Positions 48,372 through 58,181 of a DNA stretch of 64,000 bases are shown piece after piece. Position 1 is the stretch's first letter, and each line of letters begins with the position of its first letter. The notes under the pieces were generated by a model. It did not search any database and had not been told where the DNA came from. It saw only the letters and a program-made list of their open reading frames with translations. Source of the stretch: an uncultured virus (IMG/VR IMGVR_UViG_3300021958_000031) (Duplodnaviria; Heunggongvirae; Uroviricota; Caudoviricetes); the IMG/VR virus record IMGVR_UViG_3300021958_000031; one strand, written 5' to 3'. The position numbers and the translations under genes were made by a program.

Positions 48372-49730
48372 TTATAGGTATCTTTTTGCCATTCTTTCCC
48401 AGTTCTTTAAACCTGCCTGTTTAAGACCGGCAGCCTTAACAAAAGTTCTCATGGAAACGTCGTTAGCTTTTTTCATAAATTCATAAATTTCTTCTTTATC
48501 CTTTAAAGGCATATCTTTAGGATCAAGATAGGGAAGTAAAGTTTTAATTCTTTCCATAAGAGTAGCATCATCAGGATTAACATCCATTAAAATAGATCTT
48601 GAACGAATAGCCCCATCAGGATCAGCTTTATCTTTTGCGAGGTTAGATATAAATATTACTCTACCGGCAAAATCAAAATAAGCAGGAACCATTCCATTCT
48701 CTATCATATTAAATTCGCCTTCAGGATCCATTTCAAAATCCTTAGGATCAAATACTAATCCACTTTTCTTAAGATAAGATATTCTTCTTACTGCTTTAGT
48801 ATCAAGAGCAGCCTTTAATATGTTACGGCCGTTCTCATCTCTAAATACAGCATCACAATCATCAAATACTAATACTTTATTTCTATACTGAAACATTTTC
48901 TTAAACATCATAATTGTTGATACAGCACCAGATACTATAATGTAATCATCATCCTCTATAAGTCCTTCATCTTTTAATGCTTTCTCTACACTAAAGGTTT
49001 TACCGGTACCGGCTCTACCTGATATCATTAATGAATTAAATGCACCGGCGGCAACCTTTCTTGCTATATCATAAATATCAGTTAATGTTTCATCTAAGAA
49101 TTTAACTTTATCTGCTAAAGTTTCTTCATTAGCAACAACAGCAGCTGGCTCCTCTAAAGAAATAGTTTCATTTCTTTTTAGTTTAAGAATTGCACCGTAT
49201 GATATTTTTAAATCTCTAGATATTTGGGCAGCACTCTTACCAGATTTTAATTGCTTAAGAACCATTTTTTGTTCTTGTGCCGATAATACACCACGAGTAC
49301 CTTCATTAACAGATTCTTGTAATGTTTCAACTTCTTTAGCATATGAAGGTTCACTGATTAATTTTGCAAATTCATAACATAATGCAGTAATAGGGAAATT
49401 ATCACTACTCATAACAAAATCAGCTTTTCTACTACCTGCATCAGAAAAGAAAGCAAGATCACCAACAATACCTGGACCTCTATTCATTCCTTTACCACCT
49501 ACTCTAACGGCAGCAGTACCTTTATTACTATATAGCATAACGCCTTCAACACCGTTTGATTTAACACCAAAAGGAAAGACTTTAAAATCTAATTTAGTTT
49601 TCTTATTTAAGAAGGAACAAATTACATCTGCAGCCTGTCCTAATTTAGTTTCGCTTACACTATCATTAAAATTAAGAGAAGCCTCATTTAATGAATTCTT
49701 AAAATCTCCATAGTTTGGAATAAATTTCAT
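48372..49730 (-). CDS. Capsid-targeting-like start plus HTH and AAA+ ATPase
   Basis: MKFIPNYGDFKNSLNEA; QESVNEG linker; HTH (GKSAAQISRDLKISYGAI); GRAGTGKT Walker A, LVFDDCD Walker B, IFISN and AIRSR. Confidence 0.8.
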   Translation of the reverse strand: MKFIPNYGDFKNSLNEASLNFNDSVSETKLGQAADVICSFLNKKTKLDFKVFPFGVKSNGVEGVMLYSNKGTAAVRVGGKGMNRGPGIVGDLAFFSDAGSRKADFVMSSDNFPITALCYEFAKLISEPSYAKEVETLQESVNEGTRGVLSAQEQKMVLKQLKSGKSAAQISRDLKISYGAILKLKRNETISLEEPAAVVANEETLADKVKFLDETLTDIYDIARKVAAGAFNSLMISGRAGTGKTFSVEKALKDEGLIEDDDYIIVSGAVSTIMMFKKMFQYRNKVLVFDDCDAVFRDENGRNILKAALDTKAVRRISYLKKSGLVFDPKDFEMDPEGEFNMIENGMVPAYFDFAGRVIFISNLAKDKADPDGAIRSRSILMDVNPDDATLMERIKTLLPYLDPKDMPLKDKEEIYEFMKKANDVSMRTFVKAAGLKQAGLKNWERMAKRYL

Positions 49731-49760
49731 ATCTTTGTTTGTTTTTATTGTTTTATTTAT

Positions 49761-50306
49761 TTACCAAGGGTTGGTAGATTTTAAACCTAGCTGCTTTCCG
49801 AAAAGAGAAGGTCCATAACATGCCCAGAAGCCTGCTTTATTTGGATCCATTTTTTCTTTCTTATCACAACCATGCCTTGCCCAAAAAGATTTAGCTCTTC
49901 CTGGATCATCGTTCTTTACAGATAATCCTGGATCTCCCCATTCAATCTTCTTTGCTACAATTTCACCGGTTTCTTTATCGGTTCTACCGGTATTGCGGTA
50001 CACAATAAATTTTCTATTTCCACCTCTCTTAGGAGAATCTAATTTAACCTTTATAGTTCTACCAGATTTACGGTCTTTATAGATAGCCTTCTTTCCTACT
50101 TCAAGGTTTTTTGCCATCCATCCACCTTTACCGTTTAATACTATATTTCCTTTATCCCAATACTGCTCTACTTCTTCAAAAAGTTTAGCATGAGCATCTG
50201 AACCTAAACGGAAAACCGTATCTTCTAAACCTAAACCATTATCTATATGGTATTTAAGTTCTTCGGATACTTTATCAAAATCTTTAAAGCCTTTTACAAA
50301 TTTCAT
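49761..50306 (-). CDS. Putative head-associated protein
   Basis: MKFVKGFKDF start; C-terminal SFWARHGCD...AGFWAC domain. Confidence 0.68.
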   Translation of the reverse strand: MKFVKGFKDFDKVSEELKYHIDNGLGLEDTVFRLGSDAHAKLFEEVEQYWDKGNIVLNGKGGWMAKNLEVGKKAIYKDRKSGRTIKVKLDSPKRGGNRKFIVYRNTGRTDKETGEIVAKKIEWGDPGLSVKNDDPGRAKSFWARHGCDKKEKMDPNKAGFWACYGPSLFGKQLGLKSTNPW

Positions 50307-50307
50307 A

Positions 50308-51102
50308 TTATTTAGGTAACCCTGTTGTTTTTAGTTTCTTATCTTCGCCTTTCTTTATTACTTCTTTAGCGATATCAGCATCAGCTCCATAAGAACCTTT
50401 AGGACCATTCTTCTTTGGATCATCTAACGGTCTTCCCCAAGTACCAGGTGCCTTAGTTAAAAATGAATTAACTCTAGCATAACCCCATTGTTCTTGACCA
50501 GCACCAGGTCTGTGTCCACTTTTCCATGCAGCCATACCTCTTCTCATTACTAATCTTAATAAAGGTAATGATACACCTGTTTGTTCCGATTTCTTTTTAA
50601 GACCAGTTTCTATTCCCTTACCACCAATAGGACCACGATCACCGCTTGCCTTTTCATCTAATGATTCACCTAAGCCATCAGTATAAAGATCTTTTAACCA
50701 ATTATCTAAATCTTTATTAGGTTTAACCTTATCACTAAATTCTTTGTAAAATCTTTTCTTAAAGTCAGCAAAGTTTTTTGCCTCTTCCATCATTATATGC
50801 AATTCGGACATTACTCCTTCGTTAATTATCATTTCTTCTAATCCTTCGGCGTATAAGTCGTCAAATGCTTTTGTATGTTTAGATTTTTTTAATGATTTTT
50901 TACCTTTTGTATCACCAGGTAATTCTTTATAAGCATTAGGATCATCATCAGCCATAGAGGACTGATCTTTCATTTGTTTTTCCTTTGCTCTTGCGGTAGA
51001 AGTAGAGATACCTTTATAGTATCCATGACCTTTGATTTTATCCTCAAAGTCTTTTTCTTTCTTCTCTGTAATAAATTGTTTGAAGTCTCTAACGAATTTC
51101 AT
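50308..51102 (-). CDS. Putative internal-head polyprotein (DUF5824-like last module)
   Basis: MKFVRDFKQFITE start; IINEG and GESLDEK linkers; RGMAAWKSGHRPGA..QWGYARVNSF. Confidence 0.7.
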   Translation of the reverse strand: MKFVRDFKQFITEKKEKDFEDKIKGHGYYKGISTSTARAKEKQMKDQSSMADDDPNAYKELPGDTKGKKSLKKSKHTKAFDDLYAEGLEEMIINEGVMSELHIMMEEAKNFADFKKRFYKEFSDKVKPNKDLDNWLKDLYTDGLGESLDEKASGDRGPIGGKGIETGLKKKSEQTGVSLPLLRLVMRRGMAAWKSGHRPGAGQEQWGYARVNSFLTKAPGTWGRPLDDPKKNGPKGSYGADADIAKEVIKKGEDKKLKTTGLPK

Positions 51103-51147
51103 AAAAATTTGTATTTTTTTATTTATTCATTAGAAAAAGGTAAATTA

Positions 51148-51396
51148 TTAAGTGCGAGGTTCCTCTATACCCATTTCCTTTTGAATTAAGTCAATTAGGT
51201 AATTATCCATTCTAACTGTGCCGAAGGTTTCCCAATCAGAATCTTCCAATACAGATTGGATTTTACTGGCAAGGCCGGTTTCTAAAATTAGAGCATCGAC
51301 CTTGCCAGTATACCATTTTTTAACATTTTCTATACCACCAGATTTATACCAATCAATAATCTGCCCATTGCTTATATGTCTCTTATGAAACCCCAT
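51148..51396 (-). CDS. Hypothetical protein
   Basis: 82 aa starting MGFHKRHI. Confidence 0.6.
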   Translation of the reverse strand: MGFHKRHISNGQIIDWYKSGGIENVKKWYTGKVDALILETGLASKIQSVLEDSDWETFGTVRMDNYLIDLIQKEMGIEEPRT

Positions 51397-51947
51397 TACT
51401 TAGCAGAAGGACCTTCAACAGAAGCTTGTGCTTCTAACTCAGAGATTTCTTGTTGCACTTTTGCTAATGCAGAGTGATTATCTCTAAGTGCTTGATTATC
51501 ATCTTGTACCTTTTGCACTGCAGCAGATAAAGATTCACCAACATTTGCCATTAACTCAACAAAAGTTTTAGCTTCATAAAAACCATTACCTGTCATTTTA
51601 GTAACCATTTGCCAAAGAATAGTAACACTAGTAGATCTCACTGGAATTAATCCATTGAATTCTTTTTCTTTTACTAATTCCTTTGCTTCTCTTAAGTTAT
51701 GATATAACATAATTAAACCAGTTGCAGTAGTATGACCCCACGGAGCATCTTTTTCTAAGAACTTAAGAAGTCGATCAAAAACTTTCTTGGTTTTAAAATC
51801 AATTTCATATTCTCTTTCTTGCATTTCTTTAATAAGATCCTCATTAATTTTATCTAATTGAGATTCTTTAGCCTTTAACTCTTTAATTGTTTTTGGAGCT
51901 TTTTCTGTAGTCATTTCAACTACTTTAGTTTCTGTTTCTTTACTCAT
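51396..51947 (-). CDS. Hypothetical coiled-coil protein
   Basis: 183-aa coupled ORF. Confidence 0.7.
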   Translation of the reverse strand: MSKETETKVVEMTTEKAPKTIKELKAKESQLDKINEDLIKEMQEREYEIDFKTKKVFDRLLKFLEKDAPWGHTTATGLIMLYHNLREAKELVKEKEFNGLIPVRSTSVTILWQMVTKMTGNGFYEAKTFVELMANVGESLSAAVQKVQDDNQALRDNHSALAKVQQEISELEAQASVEGPSAK

Positions 51948-52194
51948 CTTCTTTTTTATTTTTATTTTGTTCAGATATAGGATTAGGATTAAATTCTTTA
52001 TTTACATGATTACATTTTACACAAGCAAGACTATCCATTGGTATTACTCTATCAGTATCTTCACCAGTCAAAAACCTACTAATCTTTCTTAAAAAGAATA
52101 TTGGTTTAAATGTTTCATTACCACAGTTTTTACATATAACTGGTGTTGTATTGCTTATATCTAAATTACTGGTATTTAGTGGCTCTTTCTGCAT
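51940..52194 (-). CDS. Zinc-ribbon protein
   Basis: CKNC...CVKC. Confidence 0.72.
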   Translation of the reverse strand: MQKEPLNTSNLDISNTTPVICKNCGNETFKPIFFLRKISRFLTGEDTDRVIPMDSLACVKCNHVNKEFNPNPISEQNKNKKEDE

Positions 52195-52346
52195 TAAGTT
52201 AAAATTAAATATATTAACATTATAAACATCCCAACAAAACCAACAAAAGCACCAATGTAACTGGCTTTCATTTGATTATCGGATTTACCTTGATTTTCCA
52301 TGATTTTCCATAATAACTAATTTATTATTATATAGCTTTTTTATTA

Positions 52347-53057
52347 TTAGTTTAAGAATGTACGGACATAATCTAAATCCTTTTGGGTATCTATACCTTT
52401 ATATAAACCGGCTGCTCTAGCATAACTAAAATGTATTCCATTATCACCCCATCTGATTTGTTCTAAGTTTTCTACAATTTCATTGGGGGTTTCAATCATA
52501 ATGTTTTTATCAATTTTCTCTGTCATTTGTTTACTGAATCCGTAGATTCCTATATGTCTTTTTATAAAAATTGAAGACCCAAACAAAGGACTCCTAGTAA
52601 ACATTACTATTTCTTGGTTATCTAAAACAGCTTTAACTGTATTTCTATCTACCTTCTGCTTAGATGTAATGGATCCTACTAATGTTGCTATAGTATGAGG
52701 GCTTCTTTTGAGAGTATAAATTAAATCATTTATATCTTTATCATTTATAATAGGTTCATCGCCTTGTACATTAATAACAAAATCATATTCATCCTTATAA
52801 TCTTGATAAGCTTCTAATACTCTTTCTGTTCCGGTCTGATGCTTTATACTAGTCATCACTGCCTCACCACCAAATAATTTAACAGCTTCCCTTATTGCAG
52901 AATTATCAGTAGCAACCACAACTTTATCAACTATTGATTTTTCAACAGCTTCATAAACCCACTGTATCATTGGCTTACCGTTTATATCAGCAAGAGGTTT
53001 GCCAGGTAAACGTGTAGATGCCCATCTTGCTGGAATTATTGCAATTACCTTTTTCAT
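52347..53057 (-). CDS. kdsB: CMP-Kdo synthetase (3-deoxy-manno-octulosonate cytidylyltransferase)
   Basis: IPARWASTRLPGKPLADI, VATD, GTER, NVQGDEP, HIGIY and LEQIR motifs. Confidence 0.92.
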   Translation of the reverse strand: MKKVIAIIPARWASTRLPGKPLADINGKPMIQWVYEAVEKSIVDKVVVATDNSAIREAVKLFGGEAVMTSIKHQTGTERVLEAYQDYKDEYDFVINVQGDEPIINDKDINDLIYTLKRSPHTIATLVGSITSKQKVDRNTVKAVLDNQEIVMFTRSPLFGSSIFIKRHIGIYGFSKQMTEKIDKNIMIETPNEIVENLEQIRWGDNGIHFSYARAAGLYKGIDTQKDLDYVRTFLN

Positions 53058-53716
53058 TAGTTGTCTAATTGATAATCTGACGGTGGTAATTCATTTAATA
53101 AACTACCAGGTGGGTATTTTGACCCCTCTTTACTCTTATGACCGAGATATCCACTATGGTGTCTTTTTGAATATTCCTTCTTTGTAAATTTAATTTTTTT
53201 CATTGTTTCTACTACTAAGATATCACCCATAACCGTCATAAGAGTTGTTGATATTGTTGGAGTTAATCCTAGTGGGCATATTTCATCTGCATCACCAATA
53301 TGTAAACATACATTTGATTCTTTTCCTAATTCACTATCCTTTTTACCTGTTATACTAATTATAGGTATATTTTTAAAAAGGTTTCGTGATAATTGAATTA
53401 ATTCTAAAATTTCTCTAGTCTTACCTGAATTTGATAATAAAATTAATACATCATTGCTTTGTAATATACCTAAGTCCCCGTGTTGTGCTTCACTAGGATG
53501 CAAATAAACAGAAGGTGTGCCTGTTGAACTAAATGTAGTTGAAATGTTTAATCCTATTTGACCAGCCTTACCCATACCGGATATTACTACCTTACCGCCA
53601 GAACCATGAACCTTATTTCTAATTATGTTAACGGCCTTTTCATATTGATTATCCAAAGGAATATTTCCTATAGCTTCAATTTCTTTTTCTAAAATCTTTT
53701 TAATACTTTCTATCAT
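53057..53716 (-). CDS. kdsD: Arabinose-5-phosphate isomerase (SIS domain only)
   Basis: SGMGKAG, STGTP..LHPSEAQHGDLG, SNSG.T.E and CPLGLTPT.ST motifs. Confidence 0.88.
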   Translation of the reverse strand: MIESIKKILEKEIEAIGNIPLDNQYEKAVNIIRNKVHGSGGKVVISGMGKAGQIGLNISTTFSSTGTPSVYLHPSEAQHGDLGILQSNDVLILLSNSGKTREILELIQLSRNLFKNIPIISITGKKDSELGKESNVCLHIGDADEICPLGLTPTISTTLMTVMGDILVVETMKKIKFTKKEYSKRHHSGYLGHKSKEGSKYPPGSLLNELPPSDYQLDN

Positions 53717-53723
53717 TTGTTTA

Positions 53724-54515
53724 TTATTTAATCGTTGTTATTCTATTTGATCTTCTATAAATTTTAGGATTGTATTCTACAAAATCTGGGACTATACCTA
53801 GTGTCTTTGTAATATAAAATCTAAATAAACGATTTAAATTTATATCTGTAGAATGATATAAGTTTAATATATCTAAATTAATTTTTTTATCTTTAAAAAT
53901 AACTTCGCTCCAATAAGATAATATTTTAGTCATAGTTTCTACTTTACCACCAAAAAATAAATTGTTGATATTAACACCACCCTTTTGATGAGAAAATGGA
54001 AAAAACTGTTTTAGCTTTAAAAGATTAACATCAAATTTTTCATAAAGCATATCAGGTCTTGTTTTAATTATATGAGTATACTCAGATAGATTTTTTATTA
54101 ATGATAATGATTTACTGTGTCCATAATATTGATAAAATAATATCCTAACCCAATTAATAATATACTCAGAGTCTTCTCTATTATGAAATGTTCGGTTTTT
54201 AATACTAGAAATTAACCAACTCTCAAGATTAATGCTTTTTATAAAGGATTTTTGATTTTCTAAAATAATATTTTTAACTCGTAGTCCATTACTATTAAAT
54301 AATGAATGCACATCCTCAATAGTGATGATACCGTTATCGTACCATGTTTTTTCTAATGCGTTTTCGGAATTTTTATTTAGATTATCATCCCATGAATGGA
54401 TAAAGATATCCACCTCTGATACCTCATTAATTGGATCTACGAGATTAGATTTAAAATTTTGAATAATTTCTTCAAAATTTCTAAAGTGACCAGATAATAA
54501 AATTGCAGTTTTCAT
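53724..54515 (-). CDS. Putative glycosyltransferase-like protein
   Basis: KTAILLSGH.R, DIFIHSW and IIKTRPD motifs; lies in the glycan cluster. Confidence 0.6.
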   Translation of the reverse strand: MKTAILLSGHFRNFEEIIQNFKSNLVDPINEVSEVDIFIHSWDDNLNKNSENALEKTWYDNGIITIEDVHSLFNSNGLRVKNIILENQKSFIKSINLESWLISSIKNRTFHNREDSEYIINWVRILFYQYYGHSKSLSLIKNLSEYTHIIKTRPDMLYEKFDVNLLKLKQFFPFSHQKGGVNINNLFFGGKVETMTKILSYWSEVIFKDKKINLDILNLYHSTDINLNRLFRFYITKTLGIVPDFVEYNPKIYRRSNRITTIK

Positions 54516-54950
54516 TTAAATTTTATATGATTTAATATTATCACTACAAATACCTAAAGTATTTTCAGTAGGAAAGGTATTAAATGTTTCTGGCATAACT
54601 AATATCCCTTTATCTATATTATGCGTTGACCAAATATGACCAGTGTTGGTTAAAGTTAAAACATCATCTTCATGCCAAAAATAATTAACGTCATCTATAA
54701 GTTTATTAAAATATTCTATAGCTTCTATATTTTTACAATGAATCCATAATTTATTAGATCTTTCCATTATCCACTGTATTTCTATTTCATATGTAGGTTC
54801 ATCATGACCTAGTGATAAACGATTAGAATTACACCATACATCTACTTCTACATCGTAACCTAAGTTTATTGCATTTTGAATATATTCTGGTGAATTTTCT
54901 AAAGTAGGTTTGGATCCTTGTACATTTCCTCTATGTGCAATTAAAATCAT
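54516..54950 (-). CDS. Glycerophosphodiester phosphodiesterase-like protein
   Basis: IAHRGN, EN, DVEVDV, LGHD and GICSD motifs. Confidence 0.8.
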   Translation of the reverse strand: MILIAHRGNVQGSKPTLENSPEYIQNAINLGYDVEVDVWCNSNRLSLGHDEPTYEIEIQWIMERSNKLWIHCKNIEAIEYFNKLIDDVNYFWHEDDVLTLTNTGHIWSTHNIDKGILVMPETFNTFPTENTLGICSDNIKSYKI

Positions 54951-55279
54951 TCTTTTATTTTTATTATATGTTTATCATTAGGTTTGTTTTTTGTCTTTAC
55001 GCAGATTATTTCACAATCTTCTAAAAACTCTTGATCTGATATTTCATAAGGCTCTATAGTAAATATATCACCTGATGTTAAAGTATGACCATGCATTATC
55101 ATTTTTCCTTTAACTAGTAGATTTACTTCTGTAATTTCTTTATGATAATGCCATTCCCAATGTTCACCTTTAGGATGAATTCTGTAGCATACCTCAACAT
55201 CACTATCTTTATATGCTGAAGGTTCAAAGTTACCAAAGAACCACCCTTGTTTCATATCTTCTATTCTAAATATTTTCAT
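54947..55279 (-). CDS. Cupin-domain protein
   Basis: GWFFGNFEP, HYHK..TE and GDIF.IEP; start MKIFRI coupled to the upstream stop. Confidence 0.75.
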   Translation of the reverse strand: MKIFRIEDMKQGWFFGNFEPSAYKDSDVEVCYRIHPKGEHWEWHYHKEITEVNLLVKGKMIMHGHTLTSGDIFTIEPYEISDQEFLEDCEIICVKTKNKPNDKHIIKIKE

Positions 55280-56373
55280 TAAAGTCCATATTTTTTCCAA
55301 TCAGTTTTTTCAAACCCACCGTTAGTTATTACGTTTATTCCAATTGCTCTATCAAAAGAGACATCGGTTATTTTATCGTTAATCAAAATTCTATTTCCAT
55401 TGCCAACCCCCATTACCAATTGATCATAAGGAATAGCCAATTCATCTAAAAATTTCTCAGTAACTTTCCTAGCAGATTCTTTTCTGCCTGTCATAAGAAT
55501 AATACGATGACCGATAGAATCCCACTCATCTATTTTTTCTCTTACTCCTTTTAGTATTTCTGGTTGTTCATTCAGTCGTGAGTATTTATGAATGTGTTTA
55601 AATATAGTACCATCAATATCACAGATTAAAGTTTTTAGTTTATCATTATCGTATTCCTTTTTTCTACCTATATATAACTTAAGATCATTAGGAGTACCTA
55701 CTGGTATATACTGATTTTCGCCTAGGTGATATATCCTAATATCCGACCCTTTATCTATTAATGAATTATAGGATGGTGCAACATAATACTCATTCTTATG
55801 TCTTATGTCATTAGATATCATTTCTTCAACTGAATTTACAAAATCCTGGCCTCTTTTCCAATAATGCAAGCCTATTAAAGCAATATCAGATATAGGTTCC
55901 TTTTCAACAATTCTCTTTGCTTTATTATCTTTGCTTAATTCAACAAAACTATTTTTTGGATCTGTAGAAGTATATGTAACAACTGCTCCATCCATATCAG
56001 TCTTAATAAAGTTATTAAAAATAGATGAATCCCATTCCATTAATTGATCACAATTAGTAATTATTAATTCCTCTGAATTATTTATGTAATCTTTTGCCGC
56101 TAAACAAGTTTCAGCAGATCCATTAGTAAGTTTATCGATTTCTATAATAACACAACCAGGGGCTATTTCATTAAGAGCATTTTTAAGATTTAAATTATTT
56201 TTAGGATCTTGATATTTGCGTGTAATAAAAATATATCGGCCATTTAAATTTAATGTTTCAACTGCCTTTTTAATCATAGGTTCACCGTCTACTTTAATTA
56301 AAGGTTTTGGTAATTCATATCCATTTATTTTAAACCTGGACCCTTCTCCAGCCATTGGTATAAGTATATTCAT
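55279..56373 (-). CDS. Sugar-phosphate nucleotidyltransferase fused to a HAD phosphatase
   Basis: IPMAGEGSRF...PKPLI, NCDQ, EK.PIS, EYYVAP and GTP.DL; C-terminal DIDGT/TGR/LIND. Confidence 0.85.
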   Translation of the reverse strand: MNILIPMAGEGSRFKINGYELPKPLIKVDGEPMIKKAVETLNLNGRYIFITRKYQDPKNNLNLKNALNEIAPGCVIIEIDKLTNGSAETCLAAKDYINNSEELIITNCDQLMEWDSSIFNNFIKTDMDGAVVTYTSTDPKNSFVELSKDNKAKRIVEKEPISDIALIGLHYWKRGQDFVNSVEEMISNDIRHKNEYYVAPSYNSLIDKGSDIRIYHLGENQYIPVGTPNDLKLYIGRKKEYDNDKLKTLICDIDGTIFKHIHKYSRLNEQPEILKGVREKIDEWDSIGHRIILMTGRKESARKVTEKFLDELAIPYDQLVMGVGNGNRILINDKITDVSFDRAIGINVITNGGFEKTDWKKYGL

Positions 56374-56385
56374 TTTATCTTTATT

Positions 56386-57174
56386 TTAAAAAGGACACGA
56401 TTCCATTAATTTTTCAAGGTCAATATCAATTTTATAATCAGTAAACTGTTTTTCTATAGAAATTAACATAGTTTCAGTAGTTGAAATATTTAAGTCTACA
56501 TAAATAGGCCCAGTGTCGGTTCTTTTAACTGATGCAAAATAATCCCTAAATTTAAAACCATCACCACCTACTTTCTCAGACAATTTGATCCATTTAGATG
56601 GTATGCCATAAGAATCTGCTGCAATGATTCCGTGAAGCGCGCTTGAAATAATTCTATCACAACTTTTTATATCATCAATAACTTTAGTAGGATATTGCAA
56701 AATGTCTATAATTTTTACATCTGGTCTGTTTTTAAATTTATCTAACCAAGAATTTTTTTGATCAACATAATGAGGAATTATACCTAAACGATATTTCTTT
56801 TTTATAGTTGGATTATAAAACCTTGGGTAAAGTAAAGCAGGATCTCCATAAACCTCAGGGCAATCATACCCTTGTTCAATTAAACTTTTTCTAGTTAAAG
56901 GGCCTCTTACTGCATGAATTTTCTTTGGTTTAACTTTTAATTGAGATTCATATCTCATTAAACCTGTACCCCAAATTTCACTTTCAGTTGACATCGATGA
57001 TTGGAGAATGCTTCCTATACAATAATATCTAGGTTCATTCCCCGGGTCACCTACTTCTATTAGATTTATTTTCTTTCCTGATATATGATTGGCAATAATA
57101 GGATTTAATGCATCCCCAAAATTCTCCCCCTTTTGTTTTATCCACCATGATACGTTTATTGAATCTTTATTCAT
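56386..57174 (-). CDS. Polysaccharide pyruvyltransferase (ExoV-like)
   Basis: NFGD, IGSIL, WGTG, AVRGPLT, GDPALL, IPHY, SSALHGII.AD.YGIP and FKF.DY motifs. Confidence 0.85.
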   Translation of the reverse strand: MNKDSINVSWWIKQKGENFGDALNPIIANHISGKKINLIEVGDPGNEPRYYCIGSILQSSMSTESEIWGTGLMRYESQLKVKPKKIHAVRGPLTRKSLIEQGYDCPEVYGDPALLYPRFYNPTIKKKYRLGIIPHYVDQKNSWLDKFKNRPDVKIIDILQYPTKVIDDIKSCDRIISSALHGIIAADSYGIPSKWIKLSEKVGGDGFKFRDYFASVKRTDTGPIYVDLNISTTETMLISIEKQFTDYKIDIDLEKLMESCPF

Positions 57175-58174
57175 TTCTTAATTTATTTTCTAATCCTTTA
57201 ATTAATCTTTTAGCAACAGAGTCCCAATTATTCTTTAGTGCATAATTTCTTGAATCACCAGGATTAATCATTTCTAGTACCTTGTCCCACTCAATATCGG
57301 TATTAGGTTGATATTTATAATGTCTAACTGTATCTAATCTATCTTGATTAATATAATTATTAGGTGAGACTGTTAACGCCCCTGCTAAAGAAGTTTCTAA
57401 TACTACTAAACCAACACTTTCTGGATGAGTCACCATAAATAAATGAGCTTTACAGTGTTCTTTAGTTATTTCTGTAATAGGAATGACTTTAGATCTATCA
57501 AACTTTGGTATCTTATCTAAGTTACTGAAGGTTACATTTTCAATACCACCACTAATAAATCTTCTAACATTTATTGATTTAAATTTAGATTCCCATTTTC
57601 TTGACTCGACTAATTTCTTTACTTGTAAAATAACTTCTTTAGTACTATCAATAGGATTATTACCGTAATTAGTATGATCTATTAGAACAGTTAATGTTTC
57701 TGGGTCTTGTTTAGGTGTATTTAATTGTGAATCGGCACCCCACCCCACATAATGATTATATTTTTTATGATCTTCCAATTTTTGTTTACTAATTGCATTA
57801 AATTTTTTGTCTTCATTCTTTGTAGTGAATGTAATATCAACACCGTCATTGTTAAATCTAGAACCATCATGTGTTTGGCAAATTAATCCTTTAAACTTAG
57901 ACCTTAAATAATCTAATATTTTTTTAGGTTGATACTTTTGATGACTAAAAAATCTAATTCCTAAAAACACTATAGCATCATATTTATTAAAAGGTATATC
58001 TTCCAGTTGCTTTATTATGTTATGAGCACTAGGAGATATACCTATGTTTTTAATATCACAATCGGCATTAGAAACTAAAGATTTAGGTAAATAATAATTC
58101 AAAAGATCACTGTAGCATTTTATTTGCGACTTATCTTTTGCAATTTTACCTGGGCATATTATTAAAATTTTCAT
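57167..58174 (-). CDS. Putative GT-B glycosyltransferase
   Basis: ESVGLVVLE...G motif and C-terminal W..VA; lies in the glycan cluster. Confidence 0.6.
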   Translation of the reverse strand: MKILIICPGKIAKDKSQIKCYSDLLNYYLPKSLVSNADCDIKNIGISPSAHNIIKQLEDIPFNKYDAIVFLGIRFFSHQKYQPKKILDYLRSKFKGLICQTHDGSRFNNDGVDITFTTKNEDKKFNAISKQKLEDHKKYNHYVGWGADSQLNTPKQDPETLTVLIDHTNYGNNPIDSTKEVILQVKKLVESRKWESKFKSINVRRFISGGIENVTFSNLDKIPKFDRSKVIPITEITKEHCKAHLFMVTHPESVGLVVLETSLAGALTVSPNNYINQDRLDTVRHYKYQPNTDIEWDKVLEMINPGDSRNYALKNNWDSVAKRLIKGLENKLRNE

Positions 58175-58181
58175 TTCTTTA

